A stretch of DNA of 61,237 nt, the filler included, from Sphacelaria rigidula (Eukaryota): NCBI GenBank assembly GCA_964200075.2. It is 5 parts of 5 records of this genome, joined end to end, with 100 filler letters (N's around TTAATTAATTAA, not from the genome) between each part and the next. Parts side by side here need not be neighbours in the genome. Positions count along the whole stretch, not along the records: positions 1 to 12,169 come from CAXNAA020004055.1; positions 12,270 to 24,437 come from CAXNAA020004056.1; 3 more parts are not named here. The stretch is one strand, 5' to 3'. Under the pieces are notes generated by a model. The model was not told where the DNA came from, did not search any database, and worked only from the letters and a program-made list of their open reading frames with translations. Of the stretch, positions 8,969 through 20,336 are shown in pieces. Positions within the stretch are counted from its first letter, which is position 1. Each line of letters opens with the position of its first letter. The position numbers were made by a program, and so were the translations under genes.

Positions 8969-9219
8969 CTTCGACGTTTGTGTAAATAAATATATTAACT
9001 TTCCAAATTGCCTAACTTTACAACAATAAGTGACATGGGGAGAATAAATTCCACACGAAAATTGAGGATTCTGAGTCGACTATTTTCCTTTAACAACATT
9101 CCTTCCCGGGAAATCATTTGAAAAGTAATCTCAAAAAAGCTCAAAACGAATCCTTGACACCCCTTGCCGAGCAATCGTTTGAATTGTTGCGTCGAAATTT
9201 CCCATTATTTCTCGTAAAT

Positions 9220-9334
9220 ATCTTTGAACAGTCTTGAAACATAAACATCTTTGAACAGTCTTGAAACAGAAAGTTGTGGTAAAGATCCTCACTCAACCCT
9301 TGAAACTCAAATATCCTCACTCAACCCTTGAAAC
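9220..9334 (+). repeat. Two pairs of 22-bp direct repeats sharing CTTGAAAC
   Basis: atctttgaacagtcttgaaaca at 9220 and 9247; atcctcactcaacccttgaaac at 9285 and 9313. Confidence 0.85.
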
Positions 9335-9466
9335 AGCTGATTAAAGGGGTTTCCAAGGAGAATGGGGGGGCGTCGACTGAAAATATATCAAACGATTTTT
9401 CGGGAAGGGGCGAGAAAGATTAGGACACGGAATATGCAAGCGGAGAATAAGTTGAAATGCTCTAAA

Positions 9467-9775
9467 TTATTCATCGCCCCATGTCACAACCTGTTTCAAA
9501 ATATCCGGGGATGCAGGATTTTCCACAATTTTCGGCGGCCCATTTTCCGACACGCGAGAATAAAACATGTAGTGGATATTATTTCCACATGCCTTTGGAA
9601 CAAATCCTAGCTCCATCATGGAAAATAAATGTTTTTTTAAACGTATCACCCTTCGCTCCCAGGATGTAAATCTCTGCTCGTCACCGACGAAATAACTCCC
9701 ATTTGGACTGAAACGCAACCAGTAGATCGGCCGAGTGTGCCCCTCCAATCTCAAATATGCGTTGACATCTGTCAT
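9467..9775 (-). CDS. Hypothetical protein, possible WD40-like fragment
   Basis: 102-aa ATG-initiated ORF with LEGHTRPIYWLRFSPNGSYF, resembling one WD40 repeat. Confidence 0.4.
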   Translation of the reverse strand: MTDVNAYLRLEGHTRPIYWLRFSPNGSYFVGDEQRFTSWERRVIRLKKHLFSMMELGFVPKACGNNIHYMFYSRVSENGPPKIVENPASPDILKQVVTWGDE

Positions 9776-10077
9776 GCGACTCGATTCACACGTTCTTGTG
9801 TAGCTGGGATGTTGGTGGACATATTCACCTACCTCCAGCAGTAGAACATGATTTCACGTCCATAACTACAATATCAACCTTTGAATATACTCTGCTGGTG
9901 TCTGTCAGCCAACCATCCCGAGAAGCAGGCATGATGACGCTCGTGGCAACAGTAAGTGCCCCAATTTTTTATCTCCGCTGCTACGCGAGATTCGATCGAC
10001 AGATGGGGATGCTCTTTGGCGACGTGGTGTCGAAGTGCCTTATCACCCACAGAGACTACATGACACCGGCTTTGGGG

Positions 10078-10726
10078 TCAGAATAGGCCTTCGTCGCATG
10101 CATTTGTACGTCGCTCAAGATCTTGTAATCTTTGTGGCATCGAACTCCATTCAATGACCGGACTAGACAATTCCTCCTCGGAACTGGAACTGGAATCGAC
10201 AACGATTGGTTGTTTCGCAACAGGCTCTTCGTCCGAAGTATCATAGTGTATCTATCTGCACGTGTTTGTGTAACTCTGCACGATTAGGGAAGCCATCTCC
10301 ACGATAGCTACAACGGTAGATGGGGGCATCGCTCGTTCCTAAAGCACTATCTGAAGCGCTCACACATGCGTCACTTACACTATGTTCTGTCGCGCTGCCG
10401 ATGTTGGAGGACGTACCAGTTTCATTTGTAAGGGGGGTATCGCGCAAAGATTGAATTGGTTCGTCAAATATTGGACGGGTGCTGCTCCACATATCATCGT
10501 CAGGGGAATCACGTGTATGGTGTACCCTTTTTCGTTTTGGCCGGGGTATCTCCTCACGTTTGAGACAACGTTGCCGAAGCTCTCGCTTTCTTACCGCCCA
10601 AGGCCTATTACCAACGACTTCGTCACAACGCGCGTTATCTGAGGTATCATCGTCATGCACTTGCATATGTCTCTTGGACTCTGTATGATCGGTAAAGTTG
10701 CTTCCACATAGGTAACAATGGTACAT
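10078..10726 (-). pseudogene. Double C2H2 zinc-finger protein, frameshifted
   Basis: YHCYLCGSNFTDHTESKRHMQVH plus a second copy YRCSYRGDGFPNRAELHKHVQI(H). A 4-bp duplication (tatc x2, 10249-10256) breaks the frame. Removing it gives HVQIHYDTSD (compare HMQVHDDDTSD) and an acidic tail to the stop at 10078. Confidence 0.7.
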
Positions 10727-12169
10727 GGGAGCATCACTCGAATCCGACAAACTTAATGTATGTGTCACTTTCAGCAATCTGCTGCGTCGGTGGTTTCGGC
10801 CGGCGGCTCTCACGTAGCTGTTGTTTCCGGCGTCGCTGGCGCGACCGCAGCTCCTGGAAAATGGGGTTTGTTTCCAAAAGACTGAGCTGTTCCTCGGCAG
10901 TTTGTTCCGAAAAAGCACTGTAAGCGCGCAAGTGAGAGAGCTTTTGGCACAGTGCCGCCTCTGAATAGCCGTTCATTCGTCGCGCTCTGTGCCATTGGGA
11001 AAGATAGGCCCGTCGCTCGGTTCCAGCTCTGCGTCGCTTGTCAGATACATGTCGCATTGGCCCTCGCTGGATACGTAGTCAGAAAGGGATTGGATGTGTG
11101 GCCTTGTCACTGTTTATTTATATAGAAACAAAATATTCCTTGCATTTACTACTTCGTCAATCAAAAGCAATGGCGAGGCTGGTCGTCTGGGTCGGCAGCA
11201 TCAACAAAATCTGAAATGTTGCCAGTAAAAAGAAAAGAGGAAGGAGAAAATTACCGAGACTAGCAGTACGTTTTAGCGGCACGCTGGGGCACGCGTTACC
11301 CCTTCAAAAGAGGTGTCCAACATCGGCAATATTGCCGACATGAGGAAGTCGAAAGCTATGTGTGCGAGCCGTGTAAAAGAGCTGGCAGGGTCGGTCATCT
11401 AGATGACCTTATTGATCGCTCGATGGAGGCGGCTGGGGAGACGGTTTGTGACGTGCGAGACAAAATGTAGAGTTGATTCGTGATCGAACTCGATAAATAA
11501 ATCTGCATGCGCTATGCGAAGCTCGGGTGCGCGTCGTCATCCCTGAAACACGGCACACAATTATTGCACCTCGGACGCGGTGAAGACCTTTTTCATCAAG
11601 ACGTCATTTCGCCTCAGCGTGTTGCCTAAGCACGCTTGGCGCGCTTGGTCCGAGGCCAATGCATTTCTGTGTCCTGGCTCGTCCAGCATTCATCGTTTTC
11701 GCACTTCATGTACACGTTACGTCTACGTCTCTTCCTCCACACGCTTGACGATCTGAATCATTCCCGTGACAGCTGAAGCAAACCCTTCAGGCTTCAAATT
11801 ACACCGCGCTGCTGCGGGGGATTTTGCCATGGAGGGGGGCTGGGGGGGTGTTGAGGAAAATTCCCGCGGTGACCCTTGAAACTGATTCTAAACAAAGGTG
11901 TTGGAGAAATCAGGCCTAATTAGTAACTTATCCATACACCTTTGATTCAAAATGTACGTATTTCGACATCATGTGCACGGCCAGCTGTGCCGGTAGGGGT
12001 AGAGTGGGGTCGCCGGGTCTCCCCTAGTGGAGGGGCACGTCTTTCTTTTGTTGCAGAAGATGCCTAGCCTCGGCTCTTGCTTAATTTTTGAAAACATCCC
12101 GCCTGTGGCGAAATCACGCCTTCACGGTTGAGTATATAGTGGATCCTGGATGATGACCAGGGGACAAGG

Positions 12170-12269
12170 NNNNNNNNNNNNNNNNNNNNNNNNNNNNNNN
12201 NNNNNNNNNNNNNTTAATTAATTAANNNNNNNNNNNNNNNNNNNNNNNNNNNNNNNNNNNNNNNNNNNN
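12170..12269. other. Artificial contig linker (N + TTAATTAATTAA + N)
   Basis: 100-nt spacer with a six-frame stop; identical spacers at 24438, 36705 and 48972. Confidence 0.98.
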
Positions 12270-13792
12270 CGTTGCGTGGTATGATTGGACAAACCTTACC
12301 CAAACGCCTTATTATGAGAAGCCCCGACGAAGAGGAAAACATGGAAACAGAATAGGCCGACGGCAACCACTTTCATAATGGAAGCCCGGAGAAGAATGTC
12401 CTCTCTGGGGAATTTGGGTAAGGTTTGTCCAATCATACCACGCAACGGATGAAGTGTGTCCAATGATATCCATCGACAATAATCAGCAAAACCACTATGA
12501 AACATTCCATTAAAAAAATAGCAATGGGCTCCAGGGTCCAACCTGGCACGTTTGTATATTAGCATTTGTACATAAGGGAAGCACCGCTTTGACGGGCTGC
12601 AGCATCGGGTGGCGAGTTTGCCAAGCCACACCGTACATACAGAACAGTATGGCTGAACCCAGCAAAATCCCGTCACCACACGTGGAAGACACAGTGGGTT
12701 GTGCGGGCGGTACATGGCGGGTGTAATCGCAGGCGTCCGAACAGGCGATATACATGTACACGGGAGGGAGCCGACGGACACCGCCTACCGTAATCAGGCC
12801 ACATGAAACATACAACAGTCAGTAAATACAGTAGGTTACAGGATTGACTTGCGGCTACAATGCGTGCAAGATAAATATGGGCATGTCGTGAAAAATCGGC
12901 CACAAGAGTAGACGGCACGAGACGATAGCGGTAGCCGGTGTCATGAATCTCATGCAGCATGAAGTATGTCTATACAACGATCGGGAACGATCAACCCGCG
13001 GCGGTATAGATGTGGTGGGGTAACTGTGCCTTTCGCTACGCCATTGTGGAATAGTCAGCCCGAAGTATGATGTTGCCGGCCCGTACTTGGCAGAGCGCAG
13101 TTCTGTGCATGCCCCGCGTTATACAGAGATATTTTCAAAATACAATATAGACATGACACGAAGAAGTAAGGTATCATCCCCGGGGCGACGGCACTTGGCA
13201 GACTCTACACCACAGTGACGGTGCATAACTGCAGGGCACATGGCGTCTGCGTCACCTTTACCCATTTTTCAAAGGGCGGGATGGTGCTGTCGGAACGTGC
13301 ATGAGCGCGATGTTGTGCATGACGTGAGTCTGCAGTCGAGATTACCCCAAACTGCTGTAAACACACCCAGTACTGTACAGGGCAGTGTCGCAGCACCCCC
13401 GGCGGCACGGAAAGGTGACTGCCTGGGATTGTATACCGCCACTTCGTACATTTAGCGAATGTGCCATCGGCGTTGCCCTTGTTGCTATGACACTGCAAAG
13501 AGTATAAACTGCAGAGGGCAGGGCGTGCAGGTCAGGCCGGCAGCATGCTTCACAGAGGCCTGCCGCGCACTGTGGCCGAGCAAGGACCTCATGAGTGTAG
13601 AAAAAAAAGCCGGCAGATCGCAGCAAGAAAATAAGAAACCTTCTCTTGTTCCACTTGTCACTCGTACGGGTCTGAAAAATGCGCGTTTGGCCAAAATTGT
13701 TGCGTCTAAGCTATGAACCATCAACCATATCTTGCTCTAAAACCGTCAATTGCAAATGATCAATTTTCCATTGTGAGTTCCAAAAGGGTTAA
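12270..13792. mobile_element. Dispersed non-autonomous DNA element ending ...AAAGGG|TTAA (piggyBac-like end), interrupted by a ~1.07-kb insert
   Basis: About 12300-12555 and 13630-13792 match the contiguous stretch ~50775-51222 in piece 5; both end caaaagggttaa. Confidence 0.6.
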
Positions 13793-15407
13793 TATATCTC
13801 AGGATGAACAGATGAAAGGTCAAGATTATCGTACCTAGCTCTTGCCACGGGATTTCGAGACGGGACCCTGTTCTTGTTGGTATCATGAGTCGATGTAACT
13901 TGCGTTGCTGGACAGCGTACCTCAGAACCGGTGATTGCTTCGTCGTGAACGAGTCAAAACATCGCAGTACTAGACCACGGTTTCATGGCGCTGATTTCAG
14001 GATCGTTACACACATGATTTCCGTCAGGACGAACCAGGACGGAAACACCCGTCCCGCCTCGAATTTCCGTGACAATTCCTAGTGTGCACGACACGGGGAT
14101 GACAAGAATTCGGTACTGGAGATTCACTACCCTGAGCGGTGACACTCAGCGCGCGCGCGGGGGATATACTAAGCGCGCGCGCGGGGGGGGGCGGGGGGAG
14201 GGTCGGGGCTGATACACTGCGCGCCCCTGCATAGTACTGTATATACCAGCGACAAAAAAAGTAGTCAAAACGCCATCAGCCAGGAGGTACTGTTCAGGGG
14301 GTGGTATACTACGATCTCGAGCACACAGAGATACGACGTCAATGTAGAGATTTTTGGAAAACTCAAGTTTCGAGCAAACAAACTGTTGTATGTTCAGAAG
14401 GAGACCAAACACGAAACTTTGACGTCTTGGAGTGACGGACAATATCAAGAAAATGTCTACAAGAGAGCAGATCGCCATATGTACACACGTATTTACAATC
14501 ATCGCCCGCCCCAACTTTGCAGACAGCAGGCATGACAGATTCCCAGGAGACCAGATACTATCAGCACAGGACGTGCGTACATTCTTTACTGTACATGCTT
14601 GGCAAAGGCACATGACACCAAGTACAGATAAATACAAGTAGCTCGAACAACAAATCTCTAATGCGGTTCACGGATATCAGATGCCTCTATGCATGCATAC
14701 TCAGGCGTCGCATAGTGTTCAAGCTCTGGGTGACGAACATCAGAAAGCCACAGGTGATAGACGTGGGAAAAATACACATATCTCTTTCATAAATATATTG
14801 AACAAAAAAAAAAAGACGATTGAACAAAAAAAGTCGTCGTCGTGCTCACGAATCCGAATGCAAAATTCGCCACCTAACTAGGTTATACATACTAATATCA
14901 AGCACACAGCAATTACCTAACATATGAAAACAGCAATCCTAATATAAATGAGCAAGGGCAATGGGTGCAATATTAATATGAACAAACAGCTGCACCACAC
15001 CCACATCTTCTACACAAGCCCAAATTCAAGAGTGGGGTAGTCTAAATTCTAGTCATTAGGCTGCCAGCCTGAAACTGCAGTCGGTTCACGTGTTGAGGGC
15101 GTGGTACCGGACTCGGAGCAAGGAGTGACGAGTTGACCGCGAGTCAGAAAATCGAGCTGATGTGGTTCAAAAGCACCGGTGAGGAGGCTGAGTTTTGGAG
15201 TTGTCTGGAGACCGCACCGTACCACACCGCATCTTGTAAATAATGCGAAGGAAAAGCGCCGTGCACCGAACTACTTATCCATGAACGTTGGAACACTCCC
15301 TACTGTTTTCATGAGGCCAAAAGAGGGGGGTCGGGGGCAACTGAGATGTATACCACCATTCTTGGCAAAAGAGACAAGAAACAAACGCAACAAACGCTCC
15401 TCCTTGC

Positions 15408-15518
15408 CTGTTGCTGCTGTTGCGACCACATGGCCTGCATGATCTGAGGATTGGTAGTCGCCAGCGCGGCCATGAGCTGCTGCTGCTGCTGTTGCTGTTG
15501 CTGCATCATCACTGCTTG
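15408..15518 (-). CDS. Exon of a polyQ-rich host gene (GC donor)
   Basis: tgtAG|QAVMMQ9LMAALATTNPQIMQAMWSQ5|GCaagg; 111 nt, phase 0. Confidence 0.6.
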
Positions 15519-18393
15519 CTACAATGACAAACGACGATAACGATCACAACAATAACAATGACGACGACAACGACAGAAGCACCAGCGATAACAACATCGG
15601 GGCAGTAAACAAAACGAAAACACGGCAGACGTCTTACGCGGAAGACACCAGCCACCTCCCGAAACAAACTTGATTTTTTTCCAGCATTAGAGAAAAATAT
15701 ATAAAAGGACAAAAAGACAAAAAGGATGGATCGTGAATAATGGGGTGGGCGACAGAGGGAGGGAGGGAGGGAGGGAGGGAGAGAGATGGGGAAGGAAAGA
15801 ACCAGGTGTTACTCTTGAACCTCATACGCCGTTATCTTCCGACCATTTCCAAAACGTTCTAGAAGAAGTTCGGCCATGAAAACATAACAGATATCCAGGG
15901 TAACCATACACCACAAAAACAAGAGGGCAACAACGTTCAAACGTCGACCGTGGACGCGAGACACTCCCCGTATCGGATCTATACGGCGCGAAAGTCACCC
16001 TCTAGGGTGCGGTATACTACGCATCAGGAGGTTGCTGCTGTTGACGATCAGCGACGCAAATCAATTCGTACAGCACTCGCTGGGAAAATTCCGGAACACC
16101 CCTCTCAGCCCAGAATCGTCCCCGCCGCTGGCCCGTTGTTCCTAGAATGACGAAGAGGCATCCCAAGGCCTTTGTTTCGCACTTTGATGGAGGGCAGAGT
16201 GGAGTTATCGTTGGGGGCATGTGCCTTCATGTTTCCCAAGAAGTGCGGGAAACGAAAAATGTGAGCAAAAATGCTACTGCCATGGCGAAAATCCACGGCT
16301 GTGTTGTCTAGGGTACGGGTACGCTCGGTAACGTATGAGATTTTTCACAGAACTTACAGAACCGTCACACACTGGTATGTGAGGCTTACAAAACTTGCAG
16401 AAGCTGTCTGGTACGATATGGAGGTTGTACAGAAACCCTCACCCGCAACCGGGTATTTGTACAAGGGTATACCTGTGCCTTGGGTAAAGATACAAAAATG
16501 ATGTAGATCTCATAACACTGCAGGGTGCCGGTATGAGAGGCGTACAGAACTCACAGGACTGTCGGTTACGGGTAATACCCGGGTAAATACCCCGGGTATA
16601 AAAAAAATCATACCCTACAGAACACACTCTAGCAAAAATCGACTGCATAGACAGAGAAGGAACAAGCAGCTTCGCTGCCGCCCGGAACGGTACCCCCTAA
16701 ATATAAAGTACATGTGCTCTCCGTACCTCTCTCTCTGCAGCATCAACGCGTGCATCACAAGCCGTTATCCCTGAGATCGTCAGCAGATGGACGAAAGCAT
16801 ATGACGAAGTTACTTGTCGGAACAAATGATGCCGATTTCAGACATGGACACCCCGTGGTCGATCAAAGAGTCAAGAAAGCGTCTCAAAACCATTTTTTTT
16901 GTCATATATCGAAGCAAACACAAACAACTACGCAAACGTCAAATATCCACCCAAAGACTACACTACAATGGGAGAGTCATACAAGGGTTCGATGCAGTAC
17001 TTGTATTTGTACAAAACGCACATCAAGGGGTCTTACAGACTGGAGTACGTAACCAGGGCCTCGGACTCCCGAAAACCTCATCCTTGACGGGGGAGGGAGG
17101 TACCCTTTTTCGAGGGATGGGTACCCCCCTGATCAGATGGATGATGGCGATAGTAGGTACTGTATTGTGCAGTACGTGCATGAACGGCTTTTTCCTGCTT
17201 GTGCCAGGCTTGTGTACAAGTTGTGCATGGTACGGCTGCCCGGCAGATGGTAGGGGTACGTCGAGCAATGGTTGAGCAACGTCGAGGCAAGTCGAGAAGA
17301 ACATGTCCGCAGATGCAGGGGGTGGGAATGAAAGCGTTGGGGGTACAGGCGCTGGAAGTATACCGACTCGACAGCATGCGGCACGATACACAAATCTGTC
17401 AAAAGTTGTGGAATCGGAGTTGTGGTTGTTGCAAGACCGCATTTTGGAATAGATCATGCCAAGCATAAATAAAGAATACAGGAGCGTGACTTGTTGAGTA
17501 CTTTCTTTAGCGACACCATCTTCACGAGATTCTCATTTGTCCTCTCGATCTGTGTCGCTGTGCAGTGTACCCACCTTTAGCGATTGCCTTTCGACACAGC
17601 TGTCCGAACGCGGGCACTACCTACGCGGGCACCAGGTGGCCATCCCTGAATCATCTACAATTGTTTGATACCATGGAAGTATTATCAGAACATATTCATG
17701 CTGGTTGGAATAATACAGTCAAGTCCCAGCAGGAGTGTATATATTTGATGTCACTCAGCAACACGTACAATCCGTAGTACACTTTCCTTGATGAACAAAC
17801 AGAACGCCATCGGGTTCACGTCTTGAGTACAGGGCCCTCTCCAGCATTGCGGCCTGACTTCTTCAACACATATCGCGAAGTCATTATCCAGCGGTCACCT
17901 TGGCTGAAAAGTCATCATCTAACCGCCAAGTTATCTTCCCTGCGGCCGCTAGAACAACTGAGATGCCCAAACTCCTCGGTTTCGGACTGCTCGAGTATAG
18001 GCCAGCATCGTGGTGGTGAAGGTACCGTTTAATTCCGTGTTCTAGCGGAGAAACAGGAAGAAGGTTTTGGATACCATTTTTCGATTTTCCTTATTCTCGA
18101 CCGCCTCTGGGGGGAGGGGGGGCTGCGTAACGCATTCCAGTCTGTACTGTCCCTCGCGCATACACAGGAGAAGTTCATGCATCTCGCGAAAAAATTGTTG
18201 CACTGCTGTAACTACTCATCTTTGAGCGCCCGGTCTGCCAGTCTCGTATTGGTTGGTTGCAATCCGTAACGGGAAAAAAAAAAGCACCATCACGAGAATA
18301 AAAAGTCCGATAAAACTAAATTACATGTAAAAGAACGCCTCCATACCCCCATCGGGGGAAAAGTATCGACCCTATCACCATCATGAGGCTGAC

Positions 18394-18496
18394 CTGAAGT
18401 TGCGCCTGAACAGCCATAGTGTTCACATCGGGTGTGCCGTTTCCGTCTGCTCCTGCACCCGGGATGCCAGCAGCAGTACCCTGCTGTTGTTGCTGC

Positions 18497-18531
<35 letters not shown>

Positions 18532-18588
18532 TTGCTGCTGCTGCTGCTGCATTTGCTGTTGCTCCTCGAGTTGCTGTGCTTGTTGGGC
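18394..18588 (-). CDS. Exon of a polyQ-rich host gene
   Basis: tatAG|AQQAQQLEEQQQM(Q~23)GTAAGIPG...AVQAQLQ|GTcag; 195 nt, phase 0. Confidence 0.7.
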
Positions 18589-19224
18589 CTATAGCGCCAG
18601 AAACGCGCCACGGCGATGTGAAATAAGCATGGGAGACGCAAGATCCGTAGCAAGAACCGTGTGTCGAGGTGTCTTGTTCACGTGATTGTACGAGTGCGCG
18701 TGCGAAGATGACCATGCCAGCTAAAACAAATAAGCAGCAACACAAGCAACGGCAGCAACAGCAACAGCAGCCGCAGCAGCAGCAACCAATAACAGCAACA
18801 GTAACAACACTATTATACCAGCAACAGCAAAAACAGACACGCCGCGGCAGAGCACTTTCGTCCGTACTCTTGCGCCGGAACAGTGAGGAACGACGCGGAA
18901 CCGTGCGGAATGATGCGGAACGGAGAACAGCGGGTGGCGGCGGTGATCCAGTCTACCCGTGACGCATCGCGGATCAGAGCATCAACACTCTGGGATCGAG
19001 CCACCATCGAGCCACCATCTTACACACACGAGAAGGAGCCGTTGACCTTTTTGGAATTCATTGACAATTCTTGTTTTTATGAATCGGCATCATTTTCAGT
19101 CATTCTCAAGTCAAAACGATGCCAATTGACAAAAACAAGAATCGTCAGTGGGTTTCAAAAGGGTTAATCAGAAGCCAACGTCACAACCACCACCATTGTT
19201 GCCCCTATCGAAATTTAGATTTAC

Positions 19225-19326
19225 CATCTGTGCGCCGAAGGCATGCTGCATGGCCATCAGCTGCATCTGCTGCTGTGCCTCCATGTCCGTCATGCTTCCA
19301 ACTCCGCCCATCTCGTCCTTCTTTAT
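19225..19326 (-). CDS. Exon of a polyQ-rich host gene
   Basis: aaAG|IKKDEMGGVGSMTDMEAQQQMQLMAMQHAFGAQM|GTaaat; 102 nt, phase 0. Confidence 0.65.
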
Positions 19327-19366
19327 CTTTCAGAAATAGGAGGGGGAATGGAGGTGAGCAGGCGAA

Positions 19367-19810
19367 GGGGAGGCGTACTAATTTGTTGCTTGCCTTACAG
19401 TAGTCGTTTGACCATTGACCACGCATCCCTTTTGAGACGGCGAACCATCGCTACTCCCAATAGAGACACCTCCATCACCTCCATGTATTACACAAAAACC
19501 TTTGACATATCTCATCCCCATCCCGTTCCGCCGTCTGTGGCCACCATCCATTTCCCCCAGTACAGCGATCATTTTCTCGCTACTGTCAAATGTACCGAAC
19601 GATTTCATGTCACCTTCGTTCACTTCTCATATTTCTCCCTACATAAACATCCCGTTTCTCACTGTATAGTTCACATCCTCCCAAGATATTAGTTCTACTC
19701 TAATGCTTTGCCACAGGGGCATTTTATGCATCTACTTTCTTCTCCACCCGACTACTCTTACATCTTCTTCATTCTCGGAGGTCCAGGTAAGGTCCTCCAC
19801 GTGGAATCTC
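19367..19810 (-). mobile_element. 3' fragment of the LINE family seen at 20337-22265
   Basis: Shares the terminal ggcgtact...gtcgtttgaccattgaccacgcatccc motif and adjacent sequence. Confidence 0.7.
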
Positions 19811-20336
19811 GATCAATATTTTGAGTAGGAAACGCGGCGAGGTGTATGCTCAGGGACCACAACCTCATCCCCCGATAATGACTCAGCCAAAATATGCGAA
19901 CACAACATACTTGTGAGAGGGTTCCACAGGAAGGCACGTGGTACGAGTGACAAGTCGCTGAAGTAGGCTCGAAAATAATCGTTTGAAACTAATTTATACG
20001 CGTCGTTGCTGTTGCTAAATGTTATGCTCAGGTGTCAAATAACCCTGACTTATTCCTGAGTGACGGACAGCATTGAAAAGAAGGGAGGGAGGGGTGGTGT
20101 GCTCGTGATCTTGCATGACATTGTCACAAACGAGACCTTCGACCGCGCATCTCTCCAAAGCCGGGATGGAGCACGCCGGGTTTCCGCCGGACCAGGCGCG
20201 TAATCACCAAGCAACAAGCACCGGGGGGGGGCGGGGGGGAAGAGGTGAACTTGCATGCCGTTCTCGTAAGGCCGTTGACCTCGCATCCCTACAACGCCAG
20301 GACGGAGCACGACAAGCTTTCGCCGGACCAGGCGCC

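Larger units (their letters stand above)
5402..9028 (-). mobile_element. IS4-transposase + Fanzor1 composite element
   Basis: Co-oriented IS4 transposase and Fanzor1. Imperfect inverted ends cactgccgtcaacttag (5402-5418) vs ctaactttacaacaata (9012-9028) match at 11/17 and extend with ttgc/gcaa. No TSD seen. Confidence 0.7.

Noticed and set aside
9103-11900. Direct repeats at 9103-9141 and 11861-11899 bounding an element
   Set aside because: Only about 25/39 identity in AT-rich sequence, too weak to call.
12214-12225. TTAATTAATTAA as a biological motif or piggyBac site
   Set aside because: It is embedded in N runs and identical at all four joins, so it is a synthetic linker.
18290-18962. PolyC, polyL and polyA ORFs
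   Set aside because: Alternative-frame readings of CAG/CAA microsatellites; only the polyQ exon has splice-site support.
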